62,462 nt of DNA, taken from positions 1 through 62,462 of the forward strand of contig CAZGSX010000004.1 in the NCBI GenBank assembly GCA_964528475.1, in the 5' to 3' direction. Positions 1 through 9,607 of this stretch are shown here, in pieces; positions within the stretch are counted from its first letter, which is position 1; every line of letters begins with the position of its first letter. The notes below the pieces were generated by a model, which was not told the DNA's origin, ran no database searches, and worked only from the letters and a program-made list of their open reading frames with translations. Made by a program: the position numbers and the translations under genes. Source of the DNA: an uncultured Anaerolineales bacterium. Lineage in GTDB: Bacteria > Chloroflexota > Anaerolineae > B4-G1.

Positions 1-60
<60 letters not shown>

Positions 61-140
61 TTACTTAACCACAACGTACTGTTGCGGTTGGTAATCATTG
101 TCGTTGACCCAAATTCCGCTTTCACCTTCCTATCACTATT

Positions 141-155
141 CAGTTGTTAAGGTCC
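141..155 (-). promoter_or_regulatory. boxA-like antitermination element in the rRNA leader
   Basis: The minus strand reads GGACCTTAACAACTG. The core CCTTAACAA matches 8 of 9 positions of the E. coli rrn boxA core CTTTAACAA. It lies between promoter P1 and the 16S 5' end. Confidence 0.4.
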
Positions 156-172
156 TTCTCACACTCAGCCGA

Positions 173-201
173 ATTATAACACACTCAATCTACTCTGTCA
201 A
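173..201 (-). promoter_or_regulatory. rRNA operon promoter P1 (proximal)
   Basis: Minus strand: TTGACA (201-196), 17-nt spacer, TATAAT (178-173). It has a TGn extended -10 (TGtTATAAT) and a GC-rich discriminator. Confidence 0.6.
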
Positions 202-241
202 GCTCAGTGCCCGCTGAACCTACTACTCAGCGCGAACCGTG

Positions 242-270
242 AGTATAACACATTCGGCCTCTTTTGTCAA
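242..270 (-). promoter_or_regulatory. rRNA operon promoter P2
   Basis: Minus strand: TTGACA (270-265), 17-nt spacer, TATACT (247-242), preceded by TGt (extended -10). Confidence 0.55.
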
Positions 271-323
271 GGAACTCCCCAAGACTTCCGGGAGCTTCTT
301 GCACTCCCCCACTCGGGTCCGAG

Positions 324-352
324 ATTGTAACACACTCGAACCCACTTGTCAA
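324..352 (-). promoter_or_regulatory. rRNA operon promoter P3
   Basis: Minus strand: TTGACA (352-347), 17-nt spacer, TACAAT (329-324), preceded by TGt (extended -10). Confidence 0.55.
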
Positions 353-407
353 GGGCTTCCTCAGCTGATTGGAGATCTCTTTGCACACTCCTCCCAGCCA
401 GCGCGAG

Positions 408-435
408 ATTATACCAGGCCTCTGCAGGGTGTCAA
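408..435 (-). promoter_or_regulatory. rRNA operon promoter P4 (distal)
   Basis: Minus strand: TTGACA (435-430), 16-nt spacer, TATAAT (413-408), preceded by TGg. The discriminator is CTCGCGC. Confidence 0.55.
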
Positions 436-513
436 GTCGCCATCACACGTCGGGCCAGCACCCAGCAGACCCACATCCTGGCTGCCTCATCCCGCCTCAG
501 ATCGCGTGAACTC

Positions 514-542
514 TTTCCAACTCACATGATCTATTGTATAAT
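514..542 (+). promoter_or_regulatory. candidate promoter for the mutase-meaB unit, divergent from the rRNA promoters
   Basis: Plus strand: TTTCCA (514-519), 17 nt, TATAAT (537-542). A TG lies directly 5' of the -10. The start codon is at 581. Confidence 0.4.
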
Positions 543-580
543 CGCAGCTACGGGAGGCACAAAGATAGGAGAGGAGCCTG

Positions 581-979
581 ATGACAGAACAGCGACGCGT
601 CTTGATCGCCAAGCCCGGCCTCGACGGCCATGATCGTGGTGCCAAGGTTATCGCCCGTGCGCTGCGGGACGCGGGCATGGAGGTTATCTATACTGGGCTG
701 CGGCAGACGCCCGAGATGATCGTGGAAGCCGCTCTACAGGAGGATGTTGACGCCGTGGGACTGAGCATTCTCTCCGGGGCACACATGACATTGGTCCCCC
801 GCGTGCTCGAAGGGCTACAAGAATTGGGACTTGATCACGTCAAGATCTTCGTCGGAGGCATCATCCCAGACGAGGACCGCCAGGCCCTCAAGGAGTTGGG
901 GGTCGCTGGCATCTTCGGTCCCGGATCCAACACCCAGACCATCTGCCGCTTCATCCGCGAGCAGCTATCTGAGGCCTAG
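581..979 (+). CDS. methylmalonyl-CoA mutase small (cobalamin-binding) subunit
   Basis: 132 aa. Carries the B12-binding DxHxxG signature ([26 protein letters not shown]) and a Rossmann-like remainder. SD GGAGAGGAG lies upstream of the ATG. Confidence 0.9.
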   Translation: MTEQRRVLIAKPGLDGHDRGAKVIARALRDAGMEVIYTGLRQTPEMIVEAALQEDVDAVGLSILSGAHMTLVPRVLEGLQELGLDHVKIFVGGIIPDEDRQALKELGVAGIFGPGSNTQTICRFIREQLSEA

Positions 980-980
980 C

Positions 981-1919
981 GTGGACCTAGTAGCCCAGGC
1001 TCTAGATGGCGACCGGTTCGCCCTGGCACGACTCATCTCCCTGATCGAGGATGAGCATCCCGCCTCCCGGGATGCCCTCGCCGCGCTCTATCAGCACACT
1101 GGACGAGCACATCTGGTAGGCGTTACCGGGCCGCCCGGATCGGGCAAGAGCACCCTGGTCAATGTACTGGCCAAGCACCTGCGGTCGCAGAACTCCACGG
1201 TCGGAATCGTCGCAGTGGACCCCACCAGCCCCTTCACCGGCGGGGCGCTGCTGGGAGACCGAGTGCGAATGCGGGACTTAGCAGGAGATCCCGGTGTCTT
1301 CATCCGGAGCATGGCCACCCGGGGCAACCTGGGCGGCCTGGCCCAGGCAACCAACGACGTTGTCAAGGTGCTCGATGCCGCTGGTTTCGACATCGTCCTG
1401 ATCGAGACCGTGGGCGCTGGGCAATCGGAGGTCGATATTGCCCGCACGGCCCATACGACCGTGGTCTTGGAAGCACCGGGACTGGGAGATGAGGTCCAGG
1501 CGCTGAAGGCTGGTCTGATGGAAATCGCCGATATCTTGGTGGTCAACAAGGCGGATCGACCGGGGGCCGCCGGAACGGCCCGCGCACTGGAGATGGCCCT
1601 CCGACACAACGCCTCGCAGGATCGAGACGGGTGGCAACCGCCTATTCTCAAGACCATCGCCCTCGATGGATCCGGCATACCCGAGCTCCAAGAAGCCATC
1701 GAGAACCACCGCCTGTATCTGTGTACCACCGGACTTCTTGCCAAGCGAGAACGGATGCGCGTTGAGGCCGAGCTACTCAACGTCCTTCAACGTCAGCTGC
1801 TCGATCGGGTGCGTTCCCAAGTGGGAGAAGAACAGATAAGGGCTTGGATCGAGCGTATTGCAGCCCGAGAGACGGAGGTGTACACGGCGGCCAAGGAGCT
1901 ATGCGATAGGTTGGGCTGA
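981..1919 (+). CDS. meaB: methylmalonyl-CoA mutase-associated GTPase MeaB/ArgK
   Basis: Walker A GPPGSGKST and G4 motif VVNKAD. The rest matches ArgK/MeaB family sequence. A GTG at 981 follows the mutase stop. The tracked ORF start at 831 lies inside the preceding gene. Confidence 0.9.
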   Translation: MDLVAQALDGDRFALARLISLIEDEHPASRDALAALYQHTGRAHLVGVTGPPGSGKSTLVNVLAKHLRSQNSTVGIVAVDPTSPFTGGALLGDRVRMRDLAGDPGVFIRSMATRGNLGGLAQATNDVVKVLDAAGFDIVLIETVGAGQSEVDIARTAHTTVVLEAPGLGDEVQALKAGLMEIADILVVNKADRPGAAGTARALEMALRHNASQDRDGWQPPILKTIALDGSGIPELQEAIENHRLYLCTTGLLAKRERMRVEAELLNVLQRQLLDRVRSQVGEEQIRAWIERIAARETEVYTAAKELCDRLG

Positions 1920-2020
1920 TCGTTTGGCAGAGCAACCTATTGGTGAGCACAACCGGCAGCTCTGAACTGCGAAGGATGCACAACAGTACCTGAGCGCCTA
2001 TCGGCACTGGGAGGAAGCCC

Positions 2021-2557
2021 TTGATCGTAGGAGAAAAAGTGCGACTGCGTCCCGTTGAGAAGGACGACTTACCGCGCTGGGTCGAATGGTTCAGCGATCC
2101 CGCAGTGCGTGAATATATGGACATGGTGCTGCCCCTTTCGCTGGCGCAAGAAGAACGGTGGTTTGATGATCTCCAGGAACGCCTCAGCGAGCGCGAGGTG
2201 GTCATGCTCGCAATCGAAACACACGACGGCGTGCATATTGGGAATATCAGCCTGTTTGACATCAGTTGGAAGGACCGCAAGGCAGAGCTGGGCATCACAA
2301 TCGGCAATCGAGACTACTGGAGTAAGGGCTACGGATGTGACTCCATTCGCACGATGCTCGGCCTGGCTTTCGCTGATTTGAACCTGCACCGGGTCTTCTT
2401 ACGGGTGCATGCCGACAACGCCCGCGGTATCCGCTGCTATGAGAAGGCTGGCTTTAGGAAGGAGGGAACACTCCGCGAAAGCGTGTTCCGCGGGGGAGGA
2501 TACCTGGACACGTTTGTGATGGGCATCTTGGACTCGGAGTTCGAGAGCCATGACTGA
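2021..2557 (+). CDS. GNAT family N-acetyltransferase (RimJ/RimL-like)
   Basis: 178 aa. The N-terminus VRLRPVEKDDLPRWVEWFSD and the core RGYGCDSIR...AFADLNLHRVFLRVHADNARGIRCYEKAGF are typical of RimL-type acetyltransferases. TTG start with SD GGGAGGAAG. Confidence 0.8.
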   Translation: MIVGEKVRLRPVEKDDLPRWVEWFSDPAVREYMDMVLPLSLAQEERWFDDLQERLSEREVVMLAIETHDGVHIGNISLFDISWKDRKAELGITIGNRDYWSKGYGCDSIRTMLGLAFADLNLHRVFLRVHADNARGIRCYEKAGFRKEGTLRESVFRGGGYLDTFVMGILDSEFESHD

Positions 2558-3524
2558 ACATCGGGGTGGCACGCACGGGACCGTTAAACTCTTCGGGGGC
2601 ACAGGTTCACCGCTGCTTGCCCGCGAGATCAGCCAGTATCTAGGTGTGCCTCTTTCGCCTCGCGAAGTCATCCAGTTTCCCAACGAGAACATCTTCATAC
2701 GACTGCGTGAGAGCATCCGCGGTCAGGACGTCTTTCTGGTGCAGACCATGGCGCCGCCGGTGAGTCACAACATCCTGGAGCTGCTCATCTTCCTGGATGC
2801 ACTGAAGCGGGCCTCTCCAGACCGCGTCACGGCCGTGATCCCCTATTTCGCTTACGCACGTTCCGACAAGAAGGATCAACCCCGGGTACCCATTACCGCC
2901 CGCCTGATGGCCGACATCATCGGCGTGGCCGGGGCCGACCGGTACATGACCCTCGATCTACACGCCGATCAGATCCAGGGATTCTTCAGCATACCGGGCG
3001 ATGCCCTAACTTGCTTCTCCATTCTCTCTGACCACTTTCGCGAGAAGGATCTGCAGAACGCCGTGGTCGTTGCTGCGGATCTAGGCTTCGCGAAGAAGGC
3101 GCGCAATCTGGCTGCCGAGCTGGAGATGCCGCTGGCATTGGTTGAGAAGCGCCGGGTGAGCGTTGACACTGAAGCGCTGACGCTGGTCGGCGAGGTACAG
3201 GACCACGACGTCATCATCGTCGATGACGAGGTCGACACCGGCGGAACGATGGTCAACGCCGTCAACATCGTCCAGGAGCACGGCGCTCGGGACATCTACT
3301 TGTGCTTCGCCCACGCCCTGTTCTCTCCGCCGGCGGTGGAGCGATTCCGGCAGCTGCCGGTCAGAGAGATTGTGACGACGAACTCCATTGCCTTGCCCGC
3401 TGAGAAGCAACTGCCGAACCTCACGATTCTGTCTGTGGCCAATCTACTGGGCGAGGTCATCCAGCGCGTCCACGAGGGACGCAGCGTGGGGCAGATCTTC
3501 AAGCGCTACCAACGCTACAAGTAG
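2550..3524 (+). CDS. prs: ribose-phosphate pyrophosphokinase
   Basis: 324 aa. Contains DLHADQIQGFF and the PRPP-binding loop VIIVDDEVDTGGT. Its start overlaps the GNAT stop (ATGACTGA). Confidence 0.95.
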   Translation: MTEHRGGTHGTVKLFGGTGSPLLAREISQYLGVPLSPREVIQFPNENIFIRLRESIRGQDVFLVQTMAPPVSHNILELLIFLDALKRASPDRVTAVIPYFAYARSDKKDQPRVPITARLMADIIGVAGADRYMTLDLHADQIQGFFSIPGDALTCFSILSDHFREKDLQNAVVVAADLGFAKKARNLAAELEMPLALVEKRRVSVDTEALTLVGEVQDHDVIIVDDEVDTGGTMVNAVNIVQEHGARDIYLCFAHALFSPPAVERFRQLPVREIVTTNSIALPAEKQLPNLTILSVANLLGEVIQRVHEGRSVGQIFKRYQRYK

Positions 3525-3625
3525 CGAAGCATAGCAATAGAAGAGACCTGGCGGCCGCCGTCAGGTTGGTGGTGACCGGCGAATTAGGCCCACAGCGTAC
3601 GAGGGACAGGAAAGGAGCCCATTGC

Positions 3626-4849
3626 ATGAAGACAGACATCAATCGTTTGATGGAAGAGCGCGGACTGGACGCCCTGGTCATAACGGGACCCACCAGAGAC
3701 AACCCAGCCATGGCGTACGCAACCAACGGCGCACGCCTGACCCAGGGGATTTTCATTCAGAAGCGGGAAGAGGAGCCGATTCTGTTCTGTTCGCCTATGG
3801 AGAGGGACGAGGCTGCGGTCAGCGGGCTGACGGTGATCGGCTTAAACAAATATGATTTCACACGTATCCTCCGCGAGAAGGGTGATCGCTTAGCGGCGAC
3901 AGTCGAGTTGTACCGCCGCATCTTTGCTGACCTCGCCGTGACCGGTCAGGTGGGTTTCCACGGCAAGGCCGACCAAGGACAAGCCTGGTTGTTACTTAAT
4001 ACCTTCAACGTCCAGCTCGACGAGATAACCATCTATGCGGACTTCGGAACTACGCTTGTTGACGAGGCGCGCGCTACAAAGGACGCGAACGAGGCCGAAC
4101 GCCTACGGGACATAGGGCGCGCCACGTGCAGGGTGGTGGAGCGTACCATTGCCTTCCTACGGTCCCACGATGTGGGCGACGACGTGCTGCTGCAAGTCGA
4201 CGCCACCCCCCTCACGGTCGGTCGGGTTCACGACGAGATCAGCCGCTACATCGCCGAGGAGCATCTTGATGATCCAGAGGGATTCATCTTCTCCATAGGT
4301 CGGGACGCTGGCGTGCCGCACAGCAAGGGACGACCGGAGGATGTGATGGCCCTGGGCAAGACTATCGTGTTTGATATCTTCCCAAGGGAAGCTGGTGGTG
4401 GCTACTTCTTCGATATGACGCGGACATTCTGCCTCGGTTACGCGCCACCCCAAGTGAAGGACGCGTATCAGGATGTGTCGCAGTGCATGGAGGCGGTACT
4501 TGATGCGTACGAGGTAGGTGTAGAAACAAGGCACTACCAACAGATGACGTGTGAGTTCTTTGAGGACCGGGGGCACCCGACCATCGCCGCCGACTCCAAG
4601 ACAGAGAGGGGCTACATCCACAGTGTCGGGCACGGCCTCGGGTTGGCCGTGCACGAGGAGCCACGCTTCAGCGACGATCCCACCAACACGGATGTGCTGC
4701 TGCCCGGACATGTGTTTACCTGCGAGCCAGGGCTGTACTACCCCGATCTGGGCTTCGGCATGCGGATCGAGGACGTGATCTGGATCGACGGAGAGGGCGC
4801 CGTGCATAATCTGACGGATTTCCCGAAGGAGCTGGTCATCGAATTCTAG
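3626..4849 (+). CDS. M24 family metallopeptidase (Xaa-Pro aminopeptidase/prolidase-like)
   Basis: Creatinase-like N-domain plus M24 pita-bread motifs (FDIFPREAGGGYFFDMTRTF, HSVGHGLGLAVHEEP, FTCEPGLY, RIED). ATG at 3626 has SD GGAAAGGAG. The upstream 20 codons of the tracked ORF have no support. Confidence 0.85.
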   Translation: MKTDINRLMEERGLDALVITGPTRDNPAMAYATNGARLTQGIFIQKREEEPILFCSPMERDEAAVSGLTVIGLNKYDFTRILREKGDRLAATVELYRRIFADLAVTGQVGFHGKADQGQAWLLLNTFNVQLDEITIYADFGTTLVDEARATKDANEAERLRDIGRATCRVVERTIAFLRSHDVGDDVLLQVDATPLTVGRVHDEISRYIAEEHLDDPEGFIFSIGRDAGVPHSKGRPEDVMALGKTIVFDIFPREAGGGYFFDMTRTFCLGYAPPQVKDAYQDVSQCMEAVLDAYEVGVETRHYQQMTCEFFEDRGHPTIAADSKTERGYIHSVGHGLGLAVHEEPRFSDDPTNTDVLLPGHVFTCEPGLYYPDLGFGMRIEDVIWIDGEGAVHNLTDFPKELVIEF

Positions 4850-4904
4850 CCCAAGATGCCGGACCCAGCTCCGCGTCAGGGCTGCCAGTCAAACCAAGGA
4901 CCCC

Positions 4905-5972
4905 ATGACCCGAATCTTGGCGATCGAGACGTCGTGCGACGAAACAGCCGCTGCGGTGATCGAGAATGGACAGCGCATTCTGTCCAACATTGTCGCGTCC
5001 CAGGTTGAGCTGCACGCTGAGTATGGCGGCGTGTTCCCCGAGATGGCCTCCCGCGCCCATGTGGAGGCCATTGTTCCCGTCATCGAGCGGGCCATGGAGG
5101 AGGCGCACGTCAGCTTCAACGATCTGGATGCGATAGCCGTCACCTATGGGCCAGGCTTGGCGGGCTCCCTCATGGTGGGGGTCAACGTTGCTAAGGGGCT
5201 GGCGCTGGGCCGTGACCTCCCGCTGATCGGGATCAACCACCTGGAGGCTCACGTGTATGCCCATTGGCTGGACGTGGAGGGCGAAGGGGCGGCGCGGGGC
5301 GAGCTCGACTTCCCCCTCCTGTCGCTCTTGGTTTCCGGAGGCCATACGGAACTGACCCTGGTGCACGCGCACGGCAACTATGAGCATCTGGGCAGCACGT
5401 TGGACGACGCGGCAGGTGAGGCCTTCGACAAGGTCGGTCGGCTGCTGGGCCTACCCTATCCAGGCGGGCCGGAGATCGAGCGTGTCGCTGAAAACGGCAG
5501 CCCGGATGCCTTCGACTTTCCCCGGGCGTGGCTGGACGACGCCCACTCCACGTCCCCGGAGGGCTCAGCCGCCCACACCTGGGACTTCAGCTTCAGTGGG
5601 CTCAAGACGGCCGTGCTGCGCCAGGTACAGACGTACAGCGATCGGCCGCGCGGTCGGCTCCTGGCTGACCTGGCTGCCAGCTTCCAAGCCGCGGTGGTCG
5701 ATGTGCTGTCGACCAAGGCGGCGCAGGCTGCTGAGGCGTTCGATGTGACAGCGGTCCTGCTGTCCGGTGGCGTGACTGCCAATCAGAGTCTTCGGGCCGC
5801 GACGGTGCGACGGGTTGCGATTCCCGTCTATTACCCGCCTGTGTTCCTATGCACCGACAACGCTGCCATGGTGGGCGCTTGTGCCCACCAGCATCTCGTG
5901 GCGGATGACATAGGGCGTCACGCGCGATCCGGCCTTGACCTAGACATAGTCCCCGGATTGAGACTAGGTTGA
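4905..5972 (+). CDS. tsaD: tRNA N6-adenosine threonylcarbamoyltransferase TsaD
   Basis: 355 aa. Kae1/TsaD hallmarks are present: ILAIETSCDETAAAV, metal-binding INHLEAHV, SGGHTEL and LSGGVTAN. Confidence 0.95.
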   Translation: MTRILAIETSCDETAAAVIENGQRILSNIVASQVELHAEYGGVFPEMASRAHVEAIVPVIERAMEEAHVSFNDLDAIAVTYGPGLAGSLMVGVNVAKGLALGRDLPLIGINHLEAHVYAHWLDVEGEGAARGELDFPLLSLLVSGGHTELTLVHAHGNYEHLGSTLDDAAGEAFDKVGRLLGLPYPGGPEIERVAENGSPDAFDFPRAWLDDAHSTSPEGSAAHTWDFSFSGLKTAVLRQVQTYSDRPRGRLLADLAASFQAAVVDVLSTKAAQAAEAFDVTAVLLSGGVTANQSLRAATVRRVAIPVYYPPVFLCTDNAAMVGACAHQHLVADDIGRHARSGLDLDIVPGLRLG

Positions 5973-6427
5973 CAGAGCCGAGGGGAGCCGTATCGCGGAT
6001 TCGCCCACTGGCCCTTGGCATGGTTTGGCGAGGTGACGAGCTGCTCGTGTTTGGGGAGCATGACCCAGCCGCGCACGAGACCTTCTCTCGACCACTTGGC
6101 GGAGAGAGCGAATTCGGTGAGCAGGGCGATGAGGCTCTGCGCCGTGAGTTCCGCGAGGAGCTTGGTGTCGAGCTGATCAACGTGCAGTACCGGGGCTTGG
6201 TAGAGAGCTTGTTTACCTACAAAGGGCAGCCAGGTCACGAGATCGTGATGGTCTAGCAGGCAGACCTGGCATCACCTCATCTTTACGACCAGGAGGCATT
6301 CGTCTTGGAGGATGATCACGGTGCCCTCAAGGCAACTTGGATGTCTATGGGAAGACTGGACGGCGGAGAGCTACCTCTCTGTCCCGATGGCCTGATGAAT
6401 CTGCTCCAGGAAGAAAGGGGGCGCTGA
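5969..6427 (+). pseudogene. Nudix hydrolase interrupted by an in-frame TAG at 6254-6256
   Basis: Perfect Nudix box (GESEFGEQGDEALRREFREELGV). The frame stays open after the TAG for 56 more codons of Nudix-like C-terminus (...ATWMSMGRLDGGELPLCPDGLMNLL). It ends in TGA at 6425 overlapping the sppA ATG (TGATG). Confidence 0.75.
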
Positions 6428-8166
6428 TGCACCCGCTGGATCTCCCACGCAACGCCATCCTATCCCTCCGCAACACGGTGCGCTCGCTCCGGCGAGGGGG
6501 ACTTGACTTCGTCGTCGTCCCGCTGGAAGGCTGCTTCCCAGAGCGTACACCGCGCCGGGCCCGGCTTCCGTTCCCGCTCAGCATGCTGCCTATGCTTCCC
6601 TCTGAGGTGAGCCTAGAAGAGATGGAGCAGAGGATCGAGCTGCTGGGAAACGACCAGCGCGTGAAGGGCGTGGTTTTTCGCATCCAGGGCCTCCAGGCTG
6701 GGAGTGCAACCCTGTACACGCTGCGGGAGTTGATGCTGGAACTGGGCCAGAGGGGAAAACACACCGTGGCCTGGCTCTCCGCTGCCGACACATGGGATTA
6801 CTACCTAGCATCTGCCTGTGCGGAGATCGTTCTGGCCCCGTCGGGGCGCCTCCACGTGCTGGGCCTGCGCAGCGAGGCGCTGTTCCTCAAGGACACGATG
6901 GGTCTGGTCGGCATCGAGGCCGATCTGGAGTCGATCGCCGAGTACAAAGTGACACCCAACATGTTCCGTCGCAGCTCCATGACGGAGCCGCACCGCGAGA
7001 TGCTGGAGGCGATCCTCGACTCCGTCTTTGATACCCTCATCACGGCCATCGCCGAGGGAAGGGGCATGCCCGTAGATGACGCCCGGCGGCTCGTCGACTC
7101 GATGCCCATGATGCCCAATCCGGCCCTGGAATCAGGCCTCATTGATGCCATCCTGTACGAGGACGAATTGCCCGCTCATCTCGCGTCCGTGGTGAAGCCA
7201 TCCACTCCCAAGTCGAAGAGCTCCAAGACCACAACTTCGCACACCCCTGTGATGACTTGGGACCGAGCAGCTCGCTGGCTGAAGGAGCCACCCTCCTGGA
7301 CCACGAAACAGCGGATTGGGGTGATCTCCCTGCAGGGAATGATCGTTCCCGGCAAGAGCCGTCGGATGCCGGTCCCGCTGCCGCTGCCGCTTGAGGCCCA
7401 AGCCGGCGCGGAGACCCTCGTGGCAGCCCTGCGCCAAGCTGAGGCCGACACACATATCGCTGCAGTGATCCTTCACGTAGACTCGCCCGGCGGTTCCTCC
7501 TTGGCCTCCGACCTGATCTGGCGACAAGTGCGACGCCTCAGGGAGCAGAAGCCAGTGGTGGTGCTGATGGGCGAACGGGCCGCCTCGGGTGGATATTACG
7601 TCTCGGCGCCAGCGAATCACATCGTGGCCCGCCCGTCCACTCTGACGGGGTCCATCGGCATCTGGGGCGGCAAGTTCGTGGTCGACGAGTTGTACGAGCG
7701 GCTGAAGGTAGGACGAGAGGAGCTTCAGCGCGGGGCCAGAGCAGATCTCTACAGCGAGCTTAGGCCATTCGACGAGGAGCAACGGGAGCAGGTGCGTCGT
7801 GAACTAGGGGAGACGTACGCGCGGTTCAAGCAGATCGTCGCCCGGGGTCGGGACATGACGGAGGATGAAGTCGAATCCGTCGCCCGCGGTCGCGTCTGGA
7901 CAGGCGAGCAGGCGAAAGCTATCGGCCTGGTGGACGAGCTGGGCAGCTTTGAGACGGCGCTGACGGCGGCGAAGGCTCTGGCCGATCTCGACCCGGACAA
8001 GGAGACCACCGTGATTCCGATCACGCCGCCCCGGCAGGATATCCTTCCCCAACCCTTCCCCGCCGAGAGTCCGGGAGGATGGAACAGCCTCACGGAGGTC
8101 TTTAGAGACCTGGGACGCGAGCGGATCTGGGCTATGGCCCCTTGGACCATACGCTGGCGGGGATAG
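6427..8166 (+). CDS. sppA: signal peptide peptidase SppA (two-domain, 67K type)
   Basis: Two S49/ClpP-fold halves. The second has the catalytic Ser context GERAASGGYYVS and GSIGIWGG. The ATG at 6427 is coupled to the upstream stop. The tracked start at 6337 lies inside the Nudix frame region. Confidence 0.85.
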   Translation: MHPLDLPRNAILSLRNTVRSLRRGGLDFVVVPLEGCFPERTPRRARLPFPLSMLPMLPSEVSLEEMEQRIELLGNDQRVKGVVFRIQGLQAGSATLYTLRELMLELGQRGKHTVAWLSAADTWDYYLASACAEIVLAPSGRLHVLGLRSEALFLKDTMGLVGIEADLESIAEYKVTPNMFRRSSMTEPHREMLEAILDSVFDTLITAIAEGRGMPVDDARRLVDSMPMMPNPALESGLIDAILYEDELPAHLASVVKPSTPKSKSSKTTTSHTPVMTWDRAARWLKEPPSWTTKQRIGVISLQGMIVPGKSRRMPVPLPLPLEAQAGAETLVAALRQAEADTHIAAVILHVDSPGGSSLASDLIWRQVRRLREQKPVVVLMGERAASGGYYVSAPANHIVARPSTLTGSIGIWGGKFVVDELYERLKVGREELQRGARADLYSELRPFDEEQREQVRRELGETYARFKQIVARGRDMTEDEVESVARGRVWTGEQAKAIGLVDELGSFETALTAAKALADLDPDKETTVIPITPPRQDILPQPFPAESPGGWNSLTEVFRDLGRERIWAMAPWTIRWRG

Positions 8167-8208
8167 CGTTCGGCGCAACAAAGCGGTGACTAAGACAAAG
8201 GACGCGGA

Positions 8209-9549
8209 ATGACAGCAAGGATTGTCCTCATCGGCGCTGGCAGCGCCACGTTCGGACTCCGCACGCTGGGGGAAATTCTCCATAGCGAAGCACTTGAGGG
8301 CAGTACGATTGTACTCCATGACATCAATCCTGATGCCCTCCGGAGAGTAGAAAGCATTGCCAGGCAGTACCTGGAAGACCATGATCTGCCGTACGGGCTC
8401 GTAGCAACCACTTCGCGGCGAGAGGCGCTCGAAAACGCCACGTTCGTCGTGATAGCTATTGAGGTCGGCGACCGGTTCAAGCTCTGGGAGCAGGACTGGA
8501 AGATTCCCCTTCAATACGGGTTCCGGCAAGTCTTCGGGGAGAACGGCGGGCCGGGGGGTCTCTTCCATTCCCTGCGGATCATACCACCCATCGTGGAGAT
8601 ATGCAGCGACATCTCCAGCCTCTGCCCAGAAGCGACTGTCATCAACTTAAGCAACCCGATGAGCCGGGTGTGCTTGGCCGTGCACCGGGCCCATCCCGAC
8701 CTGCGCTTCGTTGGCTTATGTCACGAGGTAGGGTCCTTGCCCGTTCACCTACCACGTATTCTCAACACGCCGGTCTCGGACCTCTCGTTCACGGCAGGAG
8801 GCCTCAATCACTTCAGTGTGCTGCTCGATGTGCGTTACAAGGGAACGGGCGAAGACGCCTACCCCGACGTGCGCCGACGGGCGCCGGAGTACTTCGAAAG
8901 CCTGCCGCCGCTGACGCAGCTTGTGCGTGAGGGGTTCTCCGGGCAATTGCCGGAGCGACCAGCGGGGAAGCTATGGCCGGATCGCGCCCTCTTCCAAGTG
9001 GTTCTTGAGCGGTTTGGCTACCTACCTATCACTGAGGACAGCCACTTCGGCGAGTACGTGCACTGGGCGTATGACGTCGTGGATCACAAGAGCATCCTCG
9101 ACTTCTATCGCTGGTACAAATCTTGGTCCCTGGGGAAAGCAACCGCGTCGGAGCTGGAGAGTCTGCTGGATGAGGAGCATTGGGGTACGGTGCCTATTAT
9201 GGAAGGCTTGCTCACTGACTCCGGCCATGTCGAGATGGCGGTGAACCTCCCCAATGAAGGCCTCATAGATAACCTGCCAGCAGACCTAGTCGTTGAGGTC
9301 CCCGCAGTTGTGGACGCGGAGGGCATTCACGGTATGCGGCTCGGCTCGCTGCCCAAGGGCATCGCTGCGCTGATGAGGATCCAGGCTGCGGTCCAGGACC
9401 TCAGCGTGGAGGCAGCGCTAACGGGCTCGCGCGAGGTGGCATTGCAGGCGCTGTTGGTGGATCCGGTTGTCGACAGCGTTGCGCGAGCTGTAGACCTCTT
9501 GGAGACGATGATCGATCTCCAACAGCCCTATCTGGACTACGTCAGATGA
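8209..9549 (+). CDS. glycoside hydrolase family 4 (NAD- and Mn-dependent alpha-glucosidase/galactosidase type)
   Basis: 446 aa. N-terminal Rossmann IVLIGAGSATFG, NLSNPM, and the GH4 Cys-His motif GLCHEV. Confidence 0.85.
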   Translation: MTARIVLIGAGSATFGLRTLGEILHSEALEGSTIVLHDINPDALRRVESIARQYLEDHDLPYGLVATTSRREALENATFVVIAIEVGDRFKLWEQDWKIPLQYGFRQVFGENGGPGGLFHSLRIIPPIVEICSDISSLCPEATVINLSNPMSRVCLAVHRAHPDLRFVGLCHEVGSLPVHLPRILNTPVSDLSFTAGGLNHFSVLLDVRYKGTGEDAYPDVRRRAPEYFESLPPLTQLVREGFSGQLPERPAGKLWPDRALFQVVLERFGYLPITEDSHFGEYVHWAYDVVDHKSILDFYRWYKSWSLGKATASELESLLDEEHWGTVPIMEGLLTDSGHVEMAVNLPNEGLIDNLPADLVVEVPAVVDAEGIHGMRLGSLPKGIAALMRIQAAVQDLSVEAALTGSREVALQALLVDPVVDSVARAVDLLETMIDLQQPYLDYVR

Positions 9550-9607
9550 ACAAGGTGCAACTCTCGAACTGGCTGGACTAATAGCTCTTGAAAGGGGGAT
9601 AACACCC

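Noticed and set aside
165-440. Regularly spaced (about 70-83 bp) repeated elements as a possible CRISPR array or REP cluster
   Set aside because: The repeated parts are exactly -35/-10 promoter hexamers with 16-17-nt spacers, oriented toward the 16S gene. They are not 25-40-bp direct repeats with unique spacers, and there are no cas genes.
831-980. N-terminal extension of the MeaB ORF
   Set aside because: It overlaps the 3' half of the B12-subunit gene in another frame. MeaB homology begins at the GTG at 981.
6337-6426. Upstream start of the SppA ORF
   Set aside because: The region is occupied by the continuing Nudix frame. The ATG at 6427 is stop/start coupled, and SppA-like sequence begins there.
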